The notes beneath the pieces were generated by a model that had not been told where the DNA came from, made no database searches, and was given only the letters and a program-made list of their open reading frames with translations. Position numbers and translations under genes: made by a program. Positions 12,601 to 31,318 of a stretch of DNA of 64,000 nucleotides are shown here, piece after piece (position 1 is the first letter of the stretch; each line of letters begins with the position of its first letter). The DNA comes from Bugula neritina. Lineage: Eukaryota; Animalia; Bryozoa. The stretch lies in contig OZ037765.1 of NCBI GenBank assembly GCA_964035545.1, positions 62,001 to 126,000 on the forward strand. The letters are read 5' to 3'.

Positions 12601-15600
12601 TACATGTAGTATATACACTATACATGTAGTATATACACTATACATGTAGTATATACACTATACATGTAGTACATCGCACGATTGATGTGACTATTCTAAA
12701 AAGCTCACAGACATGTTTTCATACCTTCAGCACTGAAGAGCTGCTTATGCACACAAATGCTGAGCTGGACATACATACATATACGATCCTCTATACATAT
12801 ACCATCTATACATACACACCGACCTAGTTACACACCGACCTAGTTACACACTGACGTACTTACACACTGACCTAGTTACACACTGACCTAGTTACACACT
12901 GACCTAGTCACACACTGACCTAGTTACACACTGACCTAGTTACACACTGACCTACTTACACACTGACCTACTTACACACTGACCTACTTACACACTGACC
13001 TAGTTACACACTGACCTAGTTACACACCGACCTAGTTACACACTGACGTACTTACACACTGACCTAGTTACACACTGACCTAGTTACACACTGACCTAGT
13101 TACACACTGACCTAGTCACACACTGACCTAGTTACACACTGACCTAGTTACACACTGACCTACTTACACACTGACCTACTTACACACTGACCTACTTACA
13201 CACTGACCTAGTTACACACTGACCTAGTTACACACTGACCTAGTCACACACCAACCTAGTTACACACCGACGTACTTACACACTGACCTAGTTACACACT
13301 GACCTACTTACACACTGACCTAGTTACACACTGACCTAGTTACGCACTGACCTAGTCACACACCAACCTAGTTACACACCGACGTACTTACACACTGACC
13401 TAGTTACACACTGACCTACTTACACACTGACCTAGTCACACACTGACCTACTTACACACTGACGTACTTACACACCAACCTAGTTACACACCGACGTACT
13501 TACACACTGACCTAGTTACACACTGACCTACTTACACACTGACCTAGTCACACACTGACCTACTTACACACTGATGTACTTACACACTGACCTAGTTACA
13601 CACTGACCTAGTTACATACTGACCTAGTTACACACTGACCTAGTTACACACTGACCTAGTCACACACTGACCTAGTCACACACTGACCTAGTTACACACT
13701 GACCTAGTCACACACTGACCTAGTCACACACTGACCTAGTTACACACTACACAATAGCTATACGTTCAGCTCATTCATGAGCTTCATATACATACATTCA
13801 TATACAGAGTGTCTGAATACAGTTAAAAAGCAAAGCGTGTGAGTCTCAGAGATAAAAAGAGAGAGTGAAGTCAATACCATGAATTCCATCATAATATACC
13901 CACATTGGAACGGTCTCTTTAGATCCCAACAGTTCAGTAGGAAATACAGAAGTGACTTCATTCTCTCTTTCAAACCTCCATTGCGTGACAGAGAAGGAAA
14001 ACTAAGTGCTATATTAAACAAAACGAGTTTCTACTAGTTAAAAGTATGCGAGTTAGGATGGCAGTGAAACACACCCCACAGCAGTGCTATGAAATCAAGC
14101 TAACTCATAACTTGATACCTTTTACTAACTCTAGTGTGAGTTTTGATGCCACCAGCTGGAGTGGCAGCATTTGATGCAAACACTCCTGACCTGTTTAACT
14201 GAAACAGTGTATCTGTCTTACACTATACTGTGACATAGTAATGTGACACAGTAATGTGATATAGTAATGTGACATAATAATGTGACATAGTAATGTGATA
14301 TAGTAATGTGATATAGTAATGTGATATAGTAATGTGATATAGTAATGTGATATAGTAATGTGATATAGTAATGTGATATAGTAATGTGACATAGTAATGT
14401 AATATAGTAATGTGATATAGTAATGTGACATAGTAATGTGACATAGTAATGTGATATAGTAATGTGATATAGTAATGTGATATAGTAATGTGACATAGTA
14501 ATGTGATATAGTAATGCGATATAGTAATGTGACATAGTAATGTGATATAGTAATGTGAGATAGTAATGTGATATAGTAATGTGACATAGTAATGTGACAT
14601 AGTAATGTGACACAGTAATGTGATATAGTAATGTGACATAGTAATGTGACATAGTAATGTGACATAGTAATGTGATATAGTAATGTGACATAGTAATGTG
14701 ATATAGTAATGTGATATAGTAATGTGATATAGTAATGTGATATAGTAATGTGATATAGTAATGTGACATAGTAATGTGACATAGTAATGTGACATAGTAA
14801 TGTGATATAGTAATGTGACATAGTAATGTGATATAGTAATGTGATATAGTAATGTGATATAGTAATGTGATATAGTAATGTGATATAGTAATGTGATATA
14901 GTAATGTGATATAGTAATGTGACATAGTAATGTGATATAGTAATGTGATATAGTAATGTGACATAGTAATGTGACATAGTAATGTGACACAGTAATGTGA
15001 TATAGTAATGTGACATAGTAATGTGACATAGTAATGTGACATAGTAATGTGATATAGTAATGTGATATAGTAATGTGATATAGTAATGTGATATAGTAAT
15101 GTGACATAGTAATGTGATATAGTAATGCGATATAGTAATGTGACATAGTAATGTGATATAGTAATGTGAGATAGTAATGTGATATAGTAATGTGACATAG
15201 TAATGTGACATAGTAATGTGACACAGTAATGTGATATAGTAATGTGACATAGTAATGTGACATAGTAATGTGACATAGTAATGTGACATAGTAATGTGAC
15301 ATAGTAATGTGACATAGTAATGTGATATAGTAATGTGACATAGTAATGTGACATAGTAATGTGATATAGTAATGTGATATAGTAATGTGATATAGTAATG
15401 TGATATAGTAATGTGACATAGTAATGTGATATAGTAATGTGATATAGTAATGTGACATAGTAATGTGATATAGTAATGTGATATAGTAATGTGATATAGT
15501 AATGTGACATAGTAATGTGATATAGTAATGTGATATAGTAGTGTGATATAGTAATGTGATATAGTAATGTGATATAGTAATGTGATATAGTAATGTGATA

Positions 15601-18395
15601 TAGTAATGTGATATAGTAATGTGACATAGTAATGTGACATAGTAATGTGATACAGTAATGTGATATAGTAATGTGATATAGTAATGTGACATAGTAATGT
15701 GATATAGTAATGTGACATAGTAATGTGATATAGTAATGTGATATAGTAATGTGATATAGTAATGTGACATAGTAATGTGATATAGTAATGTGATATAGTA
15801 ATGTGATATAGTAGTGTGATATAGTAATGTGAGATAGTAATGTGACATAGTAATGTGACATAGTAATGTGATATAGTAATGTGACATAGTAATGTGACAT
15901 AGTAATGTGATATAGTAATGTGATATAGTAATGTGACATAGTAATGTGATATAGTAATGTGATATAGTAATGTGACATAGTAATGTGATATAGTAATGTG
16001 ATATAATAATGTGACATAGTAATGTGATATAGTAATGTGATATAGTAATGTGACATAGTAATGTGATATAGTAATGTGACATAGTAATGTGATATAGTAA
16101 TGTGATATAGTAATGTGATATAGTAATGTGATATAGTAATGTGACATAGTAATGTGATATAGTAATGTGACATAGTAATGTGACATAGTAATGTGATATA
16201 GTAATGTGATATAGTAATGTGACATAGTAATGTGATACAGTAATGTGTACGCCTACCTTTGGCTTAGCCAGCTCTTTTATACGCTGAATCTCCCGGTCAG
16301 TCACAACTCTATGAAAAAAGACTAGCCTGGGTTCCAGAGCTAGTTCCTCCTCTAAGGACGGGTAGTAACTGTGCAACATGACTCCGTACCGACACCTGAG
16401 TAGACGGGCTCTCTCCTGAAACTAGAGAACTCAACACACTGCAGTGATGTCACCATTTATCACCTAGTCACAGGTGAAGACACGACTAACTGCACACTTA
16501 CTTCTGGAAGTTGCTTCCCCTGACACAGACTCTCGTACACCCTGAAAGGAGTGGAGGCAGAGAAGCCAGCTCTCGTCTGTATGTTGTTGAGTGGGGGAAG
16601 GTGATTAGGTCTGTACACTCGTCCCGCATTGTCCAGCTCGTTGTGGTAAATGGCTAGGTTGGTGGTGCCAGGTTCAGCTCCTGGCTCCATGTCCACCCAG
16701 CGCTGGGCAGTGGCTATAGCCAGCTCAAGGTTACCTTGCTTATAGAGTGAGAAGTTGAGGTACTCCAGGGTGGATGTCACCTTCTCAAACAATACTTCTC
16801 TTGACTCATCAAACTTTCTCAATGCTGCCTCAAACCACCACACAGCGTGGTAAAAGTCGTCCATGAAAAAGGCTGTCTTGGCAATATTGAAGCAGTCTTC
16901 ACCTACAAGAGTCACACGAGAGTCACACAAAAGTCACACAAGAGTGAGTTGACAGGTTTATAAAGTGTGGTAAATGACTACCAGAAAGAGGTGGAGCCTC
17001 CAGTTCCTTGTGCGTGAGACCCAGGTTGCTGTCAGCAAGCTGTTGAGTGGACAAGTTATACGTGTCCTGTATTCTAAGAAGAGCAAGCACTGCCCCATCC
17101 ATGTCATCCTTAGTTGGCAGGGAGGAACGTGTTCTCTCTGATGCATTCTGGTACGCTGAAGAGTAAGTCAACAGTTTAGTAATACTCAGTGAGTCAATAG
17201 TTTAGTAATACTCAGTGAGTCAACAGTTTAGTAATACTCAGTGAGTCAATAGTTTAGTAATACTCAGTGAGTCAACAGTTTAGTAATACTCAGTGATTCA
17301 ACAGTTTAGTAATACTCAGTAAGTCAACAGTTTAGTAATACTCAGTGAGTCAACAGTTTAGTAATACTCAGTAAGTCAACAGTTTAGTAATACTCAGTGA
17401 GTCAACAGTTTAGTAATACTCAGTGAGTCAACAGTTTAGTAATACTCAGCGAGTCAACAGTTTAGTAATACTCAGTGAGTCAGCAGTTTAGTAATACTCA
17501 GTGAGTCAACAGTTTAGTAATACTCAGTGAGTCAACAGTTTAGTAATACTCAGCGAGTCAACAGTTTAGTAATACTCAGTGAGTCAACAGTTTAGTAATA
17601 TTACTTAGCAGCAAGTTTGTTCAGAAATTAGGAAGAATAATAAAAACGCGTGTAAACATGATTGGTTAACTACCTTCAATGTTGGAAGCTGATTGGATGG
17701 TTATAGAATCTTTCACCTGAGACATTAGATTATACATATGACTGGTGACAAGGAATGCATTGACAGGGTTAGACAGGTGTCTCTCTGGATCTCCTTGGGA
17801 GAGCACCTGATGGTGATTTGTCAACTCTTCAACATATCTAAGCAACACAACAATAACTCAACATCAGATAGCAAATTTGTAGAATACGAAGTATGTAAGA
17901 AGTTGACAATCAAATACCTCTACCAACTCATTATATTATTTAACCTTATAGCTTGTCATATTGAGGAAATTGAGATCAACGCTTGTGATATATAACAACA
18001 GAGAGAAGACAATTACTGTTTATGAAATAAATCTTTTGTTGAAAAGCAGAATTTGTTTTAAAGTTGCAACAGGACACAAAAATCAGAAGTTGCACCTAGA
18101 GCAGTATTGTGTGGAGTTGAGGTTGCACTTAGAGCAGTATTGTGTAGAGTTGAGGTTGCACCTAGAGAGATATACAAACACTTCTTACAGCATATTTTAA
18201 CAACCTTTCTAAACTTTGAATTCTATCTCTTTCTGAATCAATATACTCTTGGATATAAGAGGTAAGATCCTGTTCTGCTTGAATGACTTCTTGAAGATGC
18301 ACCATAGAAGTAAATGTGTCGCACAAGATAGACTTCACTAGGAACCCAAAGCAGACGGATATAAAGATCATCTGGTAGAGCCCCATGGAGTACAT
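9359..18395 (-). CDS. P4HA: Collagen prolyl 4-hydroxylase alpha subunit, copy 1; 12 exons (18395-18205, 17837-17674, 17155-16982, 16902-16502, 16415-16257, 14198-14119, 12255-12156, 11153-11100, 10426-10364, 10235-10167, 9889-9793, 9435-9359)
   Basis: Signal peptide then FTSMVHL; NPVNAF; [23 protein letters not shown]; RVSKSAW; [16 protein letters not shown] (HxD); [22 protein letters not shown]; AAFWYNL; [22 protein letters not shown]. All introns are GT-AG and in phase. Confidence 0.95.
9467..9625. repeat. (TA)n microsatellite in the last P4H intron
   Basis: Direct reading; the paralogous tract is at ~22900-23250. Confidence 0.95.
9900..10152. repeat. 21-bp intronic minisatellite (atatatgactaacagagtaat)
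   Basis: Tandem units; paralogous array at ~23662-23957. Confidence 0.9.
10435..11087. repeat. 25-bp intronic minisatellite (tatattatattatacatatgagtta)
   Basis: Tandem units; shorter paralogous array at ~24238-24530. Confidence 0.9.
11214..12186 (-). repeat. 53-bp tandem repeat comprising exon-7 3' end + donor (17 extra copies)
   Basis: Minus-strand unit gttagtacttgatgtatacttaactcactatatactatacagagtcccttcag; the real junction is at 12156/12155. Confidence 0.92.
12300..12671. repeat. 20-bp intronic minisatellite (tacatgtagtatatacacta)
   Basis: Tandem units; not present as an array in the second P4H copy. Confidence 0.9.
12814..13748. repeat. 17-bp intronic minisatellite (acacactgacctagtt-type)
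   Basis: Tandem units; paralogous array at ~25462-25812. Confidence 0.92.
14230..16247. repeat. 13-bp intronic minisatellite (atagtaatgtgat/c), ~155 copies
   Basis: Tandem units; source of the spurious 650-718 aa ORFs. Paralogous array at ~26294-26998. Confidence 0.95.
17165..17600. repeat. 27-bp intronic minisatellite (gagtcaacagtttagtaatactcagt-type)
   Basis: Tandem units abutting the exon-3 acceptor; paralog at ~27916-28272. Confidence 0.9.
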
Positions 18396-18410
18396 TATGT
18401 CTACAATAAG

Positions 18411-18953
18411 CTTACATACTGTAATATATTCATTATACTATCATATATCTCTTACATACTGTAATATATTCATTATACTATCATATATATCTTACATACT
18501 GTAATATATTCATTATACTATCATATATCTCTTACAAACTGTAATATATTCATTATACTATCCTATATCTTACATACTGTAATATATTCATTATACTATC
18601 ATATATCTTACATACTGTAATATATTCATTATACTATCATATATCTTACATACTGTAATATATTCATTATACTAGCATATCTCTTACATACTGTAATATA
18701 TTCATTATATTCTCATATATCTTACATACTGTAATATATTCATTATACTATCCTATATCTTACATACTGTAATATATTCATTATACTATCATATACCTTA
18801 CGTACTGTAATATATTCATTATACTATCATATACCTTACATACTGTAATATATTCATTGTACTATCATATATCTTACATACTGTAATATATTCATTATAC
18901 TATCATATATCTTACATACTGTAATATATTCATTATACTAGCATATCTCTTAC
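18411..18953. repeat. 38-40-bp minisatellite upstream of the P4H start codon
   Basis: cttacatactgtaatatattcattatactatcatatat units; only ~3.5 units remain at 29084-29215 in copy 2. Confidence 0.9.
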
Positions 18954-20505
18954 AGTTGCGTAGCGAAACATACTCAATATATCATCATATCATTAACATA
19001 CTATAAACTAAAATTGTATAATATATTTATTACACTATCATATCTTACTCTCGTTCATACTGTAATATATTCATTGGACTGCCATATCTCTGGCATACTT
19101 ATAGTAATACTCTTCTAGTTTTATACGATTTCGCATTAGACTTAGTTAATACTATTACTATTAGTATTAGTAGCATCAGTAAAACTAAAAATTAAAATGT
19201 ACTAGTTAACACTAACAGTACCTGAAAGTCAGTGTCACAGTGACTGTGAGAGCTACATCCCGATACTCATAGCCCCATTACTTGTGTAATTGCAAATACT
19301 ATTCTAAAGATTAAAAGTAAAGTTATCACATTTCTATGCTTCAGCTTGACTTACACTTACAGTATTACTAAAACCAAGTCTAATGCTTATAGTTATAGTC
19401 ATTGAATTTGATTTTTCCACATATTGATATTCGCCTTGAACATTCACATTGTGATTGTCACTATTACTTTTAGTTCTAGTTGATGCTATAATATTAATTT
19501 CAGTATTGATATCCATATTGGCCTTCGGTCAGTCACATATAGTTATAGTTTAAAAGTTATACCTTATCCTATACTTATGTCATTCAGTTGCACTCATGCT
19601 TTTAGTTCAGAATCAGTTAATGTTATGCTTATACCTACTCTTAGTATTGCACTCATAGTGATACTGATCTGATAGTTATATCATGTCGTTATCGTGACTT
19701 TCATTCTAATTGTTAAACTTGATGTTATACTAATACTTATTAACTTTAAGTTTAACAATAACTGCTAAGCCACAGTAAGACTAAGAGTAAGTGTAACTGC
19801 AAGTGTTAACATAAATATTTTCATTATGATTATTATTTATCATAGGCCCAAAAGTCTACAAGTTAGAGTGAGATTTAATACTAGTTAAAACCCTTACGTT
19901 GTTATTTAAAATATACTTGGCGTTATCAGAGTTTCAAAAAAGTATTTCATTTAAATTTAGTTTGTTACCGTGGCTTGCCAACGTCTGCGTTGGAAACGGA
20001 AACGAAAGAACTGTGTGGGTTATCGAGCGATCAGTCCGGGCGGGAGTCCTCTCGTAGATTGAAAGATCAATTATATTGTAAAAGAAAACAACTCCTCTTT
20101 AATTTTTGCAAACGGCTTCAAGCATTGAGCTATAACCCTTCTGTTTTAGCTGATTAGATCACGCTTATCTTTGTCAGAGATGAACTTTAACCTTTTGATA
20201 TTTGCTAGAATGAAGCACATCCTGTTGCTGAGTAACTATGTAAACAAACATGGTCACCAATGAGTCGGGTGCCTTGATCTTGATCTTCTTGATTGGGTTG
20301 AGTCCCGAAGACCTCTCGGAGATAGTAATTGTGGGACCCTCGAATCTATCTAGGCTTAGAAACCTGCCACTACCCCCCCCCCCCCCCCGGACAGTGCGCA
20401 GCAGGAAACCCTGTAGGAACAGGCTAGAATCCTAGACTATAGCGTTGAAGGTATTAATACGCGTATTCATGGTATGCCTGGATGATTTCATAGATTTTAG
20501 TGTGT

Positions 20506-21068
20506 TGTTGTATTTTTGTGGGTTGAATAGAACTAGTGCCTGAACATACTCTTTGTTAGAGAGAACAAGATGTATTGTAAAGTTGAAGAAATCTTTATTT
20601 AGTTGAATTATATACAAATAGTGAAGGTCCTCTGCCAGTGAGCTCCAGTAGTAGACTGAACTACACTGGAGCTTGCTGGCTTTTATATACAACAAGATAC
20701 AGTGCTTTTTTATTGTTGCCGAGATCGGAGGCCCGAAATACCGAAAATCGGCGTTTCGGCAGTCCGAAACACCGAATTTCAGCATTTCGGGCTTTCGGTA
20801 GCCCGAAATGCCGTTTTTCGGTATTTCGGCATTTCGGAAAACCGAAATGCCGATCTCGGAACCGGAAACAAGTACATGCAAAAATCTACTACACAATTAC
20901 AGCATAAAAATTGATACGCAACATTAGTACAAGAAATATTACATAACTTCAGAATGCGTATTTCAGTAAAATTACATTATGTTGAGCTTTAACAGTAATT
21001 ACCATACTTAGGCATTAGCAAGCTAACTTACTTAACTATAATTACAGAATTAAGAATGATACGCAACA
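20506..21068 (-). mobile_element. Probable solo-LTR-like dispersed repeat (boundaries approximate)
   Basis: Shares gagctYcagtagtagactga...ttttataYacaa and a block of inverted ccga/tcgg repeats with 29207-29620. It has minus-strand TATA-like and AATAAA motifs and possible TGTTG...CAACA ends with gtgt/gtat flanks. Confidence 0.45.
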
Positions 21069-21882
21069 GTATTTATAATATACTGTTGCACGCTGTTATT
21101 TCAAAACTAAAAGAGGGTGAAAATCCATTACAGTGTTATTTACATGGTTGAAAATAAACCCTCATTAGCAGTAACAAGGCACATCAAGAAAACTCTCTTG
21201 ACTGTGACTGACTAAGCTTTCTAGGCTTATCTCAAAGTTGGCAAATGTTCCTGAAACTGATGTCTATAATAATTCCAACTTTAGTTCTCCAGGTAAACTA
21301 GATTGATTAGATATGTAGCAAACGTGACCTAATGGAAGATTAAATTACTTTCTGAATCATATGATAATGAACATAGTTTTCAACCCATTCTAAGCCTTAC
21401 AATGAGTTGGCTTAGTGAAAAGATATATAGATGATTAGTAAATATCTGAAACAGCAGCTAGCTAAATAACATGATTTAAATTGCTATGGAAGGAGCTGCG
21501 CTTTAGCATAGGCCATAGTAATTCAAAGTCTTTACATCTTGTAACTAGCAGCCACAATCTTTACCTTGCAACAAACTTGATTAAATCTATCCAAATGGCC
21601 TGTTCCCACACTTGGCATACAGCTTTACAACATACAGCTTTACAACATACAGCTTTACAACATGCAGTTTTACAACATGCAGCTTTACAACATGCAGTTT
21701 TACAACATACAGCCTCAGTGGAGTTTTGCCTGTACATGTTGTGGTTTCATTCATTTGACGTCTCCTTGCATTGAATGAAAAATCCATTCCATAACTAAAA
21801 GTATGGATATATGTTATAGAGAAGAAAACCTAAATGGTTGGGTAGAAATAATTTGATTCTGTTTTTATGTAGATCCTCAAGT

Positions 21883-22352
21883 GTAACTGCAGTATATATA
21901 GTAACTACAGCATATATATAGTAACTACAACATATATATATTAACTGTAGTATATATAGTAACTACAGCATATATATAGTAACTACAGCATATATATAGT
22001 AACTACAGTATATATATAGTAACTACAGCATATATATAGTAACTACAGCATATATATATAGTAACTACAGTATATATATAGTAACTACAGCATATATATA
22101 GTAACTACAGCATATATATAGTAACTACAGCATATATATAGTAACTACAACATATATAGTAACTACAGTATATATATAGTAACTACAACATATATATAGT
22201 AACTAGAGCATATATATAGTAACTACAGTACATATATATAGTAACTACAGCATATATATAGTAACTACAGTATATATATAGTAACTACAACATATATATA
22301 GTAACTACAGTATATACATATAGTAACTACAGCATATATAGTAACTAAAACA
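21883..22352. repeat. ~20-bp minisatellite (gtaactacagcatatatata)
   Basis: Tandem units just outside the duplication boundary near 22374. Confidence 0.9.
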
Positions 22353-22794
22353 TGTCAAGTCTCGCTCCATATGCAATATATTGTGAATGATTTATTATCA
22401 AGAACACAATTTATGTAATATTATGCATATAGTATAATGTGTATATTATAATGTATTTAATATAATGCATATAATATAATGTGTATAATATAATGCATAT
22501 ATTATAATACATATAATATAATGTTTATGATATAAAACAAACTACATAAAACAAGAAAACCACCCCATGACCAAATAGCTAAAACAAAATAGTAAAACTA
22601 GTAGCCATAAAAGAATAAGAAATAACCAATCAAATGTCGCTGAGCAAACTTCTAAAATGGAGAGAAGAAATGAACTGAATGAAGGTTTGAGTCAGAGTTG
22701 AACAGTCAGTTTATCCTGATGGAAGAATACAACACAAAGTGAGATGTGTTGATTATGAGTTGTCTTCACATAGTGATACACCTAGCAGAGAGTT

Positions 22795-29068
<6,274 letters not shown>

Positions 29069-29206
29069 TATGTCTACAATAAGCTTACATACTGTAATAT
29101 ATTCATTATACTATCATATACCTTACGTACTGTAATATATTCATTATACTATCCTATATCTTACATACTGTAATATATTCATTATACTATCCTATATCTT
29201 ACATAC

Positions 29207-29620
29207 TGTAATATAATAAAATTAAGTGGGGAGCATAACTTGAATATAGCAAGAACAAGAGGTGTTGGTAGTTCCAAGTGTATAAATATTTATTGCATGA
29301 TGGATGCTTTAATAGGTAGTCTGTATCAGGGAGCTTCAGTAGTAGACTGATTCTTAACTGCGAGCTCGCCTGCTTTTATACACAAAAAGTTTCTTTGTTC
29401 TCATTCTGTCCGAAAGTCGAAGCCCGATTGTCGGCTTTTCCGATAATCGGAACTTGGTTCGATTATCGGAGCCTGATAATCGGCAGTGCCGACTTTCGGA
29501 CAGGATGGAATTACACAATCGCGAGTTACATAAATTATAAAAATTAGATACAAGAATAGATAATTCTACTATGATAAAGGTATAAGAATAGATAACTACA
29601 ACATTCGCCTTTCCACCACA
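29207..29620 (-). mobile_element. Probable solo-LTR-like element abutting the gypsy insertion
   Basis: tgtaat...ccaccaca ends (TG...CA); interrupts the 38-bp array; similar to 20560-20870; shares terminal ccaccaca with the gypsy LTR. Confidence 0.45.
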
Positions 29621-29624
29621 ATAT

Positions 29625-29930
29625 TGTTATAGTTTTCAGATTTAGGGTTGATGTGCTATCCAGAGAGTCTATTTATCTATTATAGAACTGCACCAGGCTA
29701 AGTCGAGTGAACGAGTATATTTTATACACAACTATACATTATAAAAACACGATACATTATTTCAAACAAGTTACACATCTAATCTATTTCACACTCTAGC
29801 TTCGACTGAGTTAGCAGCGGGAAACTACAATTGCTGCTAACTATCAACTACGCTAATTGGCTATCCATTGTTCCGGGTCAATTACGCGACCCTACATGTC
29901 GTGCTGCTGGTAGTTCCACGAACCACCACA
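29625..29930 (-). repeat. 3' LTR (306 bp)
   Basis: Direct repeat of 36821-37126; preceded on the minus strand by G-rich PPT-like gtgggggcgg (29931-29940). Confidence 0.95.
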
Positions 29931-30217
29931 CCGCCCCCACCAGCAGAAAGCCATCTTTCTGATATATATATATAAAAAAAACATTCAATAGTAATTGCGT
30001 ACATCAGTGGACAAAATAATACATAATATACAGGAAGAGACACAATAATAGGCAGAGTCATTTAACGATCCGTTGCATACAATTGGCCAGCTGTAGATAG
30101 ACGAGGAATACGAGCTAGCTGTGGTATTAGACAAGGAATAACCTGTCTAGCAGTTAAGCATTTGCACGATCTTGGCTTCTCCCAAGAGGCGGAGTTGGAG
30201 TACTCAGGGTAGTCTAA

Positions 30218-31005
30218 CTAAAGTCCTTGTTGGGCACGCCGGTGCTTGGCTTGGCATGTACGCAGTTTCCGTTTCACACGGCATACGGATCCCTTTAGCT
30301 GGAAGAGTCCTGTGGTAGTGTTAAGTAGATCTGGTGCCAGCTGGGTGAACTCTTCTTGTAATCGTAGGAGGCGTTCTTCTACTGTGGCTAGTCGTACTGG
30401 GTCTGGGGACGGTGTCCGTCTGCGGCGTAAGGGTGGACTGGGGGACCTGGTCCGTCTCTTCGCCGGGGTAGGGGAGATCTCTCCTTCTTCTGGATATGTA
30501 GTTTCCTCGGGGGTGTATGTAATTGGAGGGCGGTCAGACACCAACGGGGATTGTTGGCGGGCATTGTCTAACACACGTTGGAACCCCGAGGATAGAACGG
30601 CTAATAGCATGGCCTTCTTTACCAGAGGTCGTATACATGTGATGAACTCCGGGTACAGCTTAGCGTCGACCACATAGTTTTCTCCAGGGAAACAGCCCGC
30701 CGCTCTGTGTCTGGTGACGGGGTAGGGATACACATCATTGTACCCGCAGGGGCAGAAGGTCAGTAGGAGATGGGCATTGACGTGTAGTTTAAGGGAGCGG
30801 TGAGAGGCGCAATCTTCACCACAGATCTGGCATCTCGTCCGTCCTCTGGACCCCCAGGCTGTTTCTATTTCTTCTTCGGTTTGTGGAGACACCCACCGCC
30901 AACGGCGGCGTAGTGGCTCAGGCCGGTCACCACTAGCATGGTCCTCCGGATACGGAGCGGGAAGTGTTCTATCCCGTACCCTGGTTGTAGCGGGTCGAGT
31001 GTAAT
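30218..31005 (-). CDS. Retrotransposon ORF3: C2H2-type zinc finger, Arg/Ser/Pro-rich tract and coiled coil; probable exon 2 of a spliced mRNA (exon 1 = 36789-36747)
   Basis: CQICGEDCASHRSLKLHVNAH and CPCG...H...C; KRRTRSPSPPLRRRRTPSP; heptad-like LATVEERLLRLQEEFTQL; TACTAAC at 31031-31025 and ttttcag acceptor at 31006. Confidence 0.75.
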
Positions 31006-31318
31006 CTGAAAAAGTTTCAACTGTGTTAGTACAGTACACTGCCGTGTTGTCAGCTTGAACAGCTTGGCAACTCCTAATTCAGTTACCTCGTAGAGATTAA
31101 TGATAGTGAATAGTCAGATAGAACCGTATTGCAATGAGATTATAAAAATCTCTAAGTCAAACTGAGTTCTTACTACGGTATTTCACTAACCTATCTCCAG
31201 CTCGATTGACTCAGTGAGTCAGAGCTGAGCGATGCAATCTAGTTTCGTATTAAGATATAGTTAACTCACCCCACGATCTGTTGTCGTAAGACATACTGAA
31301 TATGTGAAATGGTTTGAA

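Noticed and set aside
13758-14021. 87-aa ORF conserved at 25822-26085
   Set aside because: Non-ATG start, intronic, and conservation is explained by the recent duplication.
14195-16225. Long ORFs (651-718 aa) of HITISHYY repeats, also at 26259-26976
   Set aside because: Translations of a stop-free 13-bp intronic array, open in all three frames; only 16415-16257 is a real exon.
20182-20198. Motif tgaactttaaccYtttg shared with 37873-37889
   Set aside because: Too short to tell a promoter element from a repeat fragment without a genome search.
30218-31039. ORF3 as an envelope gene, or initiated at GTG 31039
   Set aside because: No signal peptide, TM anchor or fusion-peptide pattern; the splice model explains initiation better.
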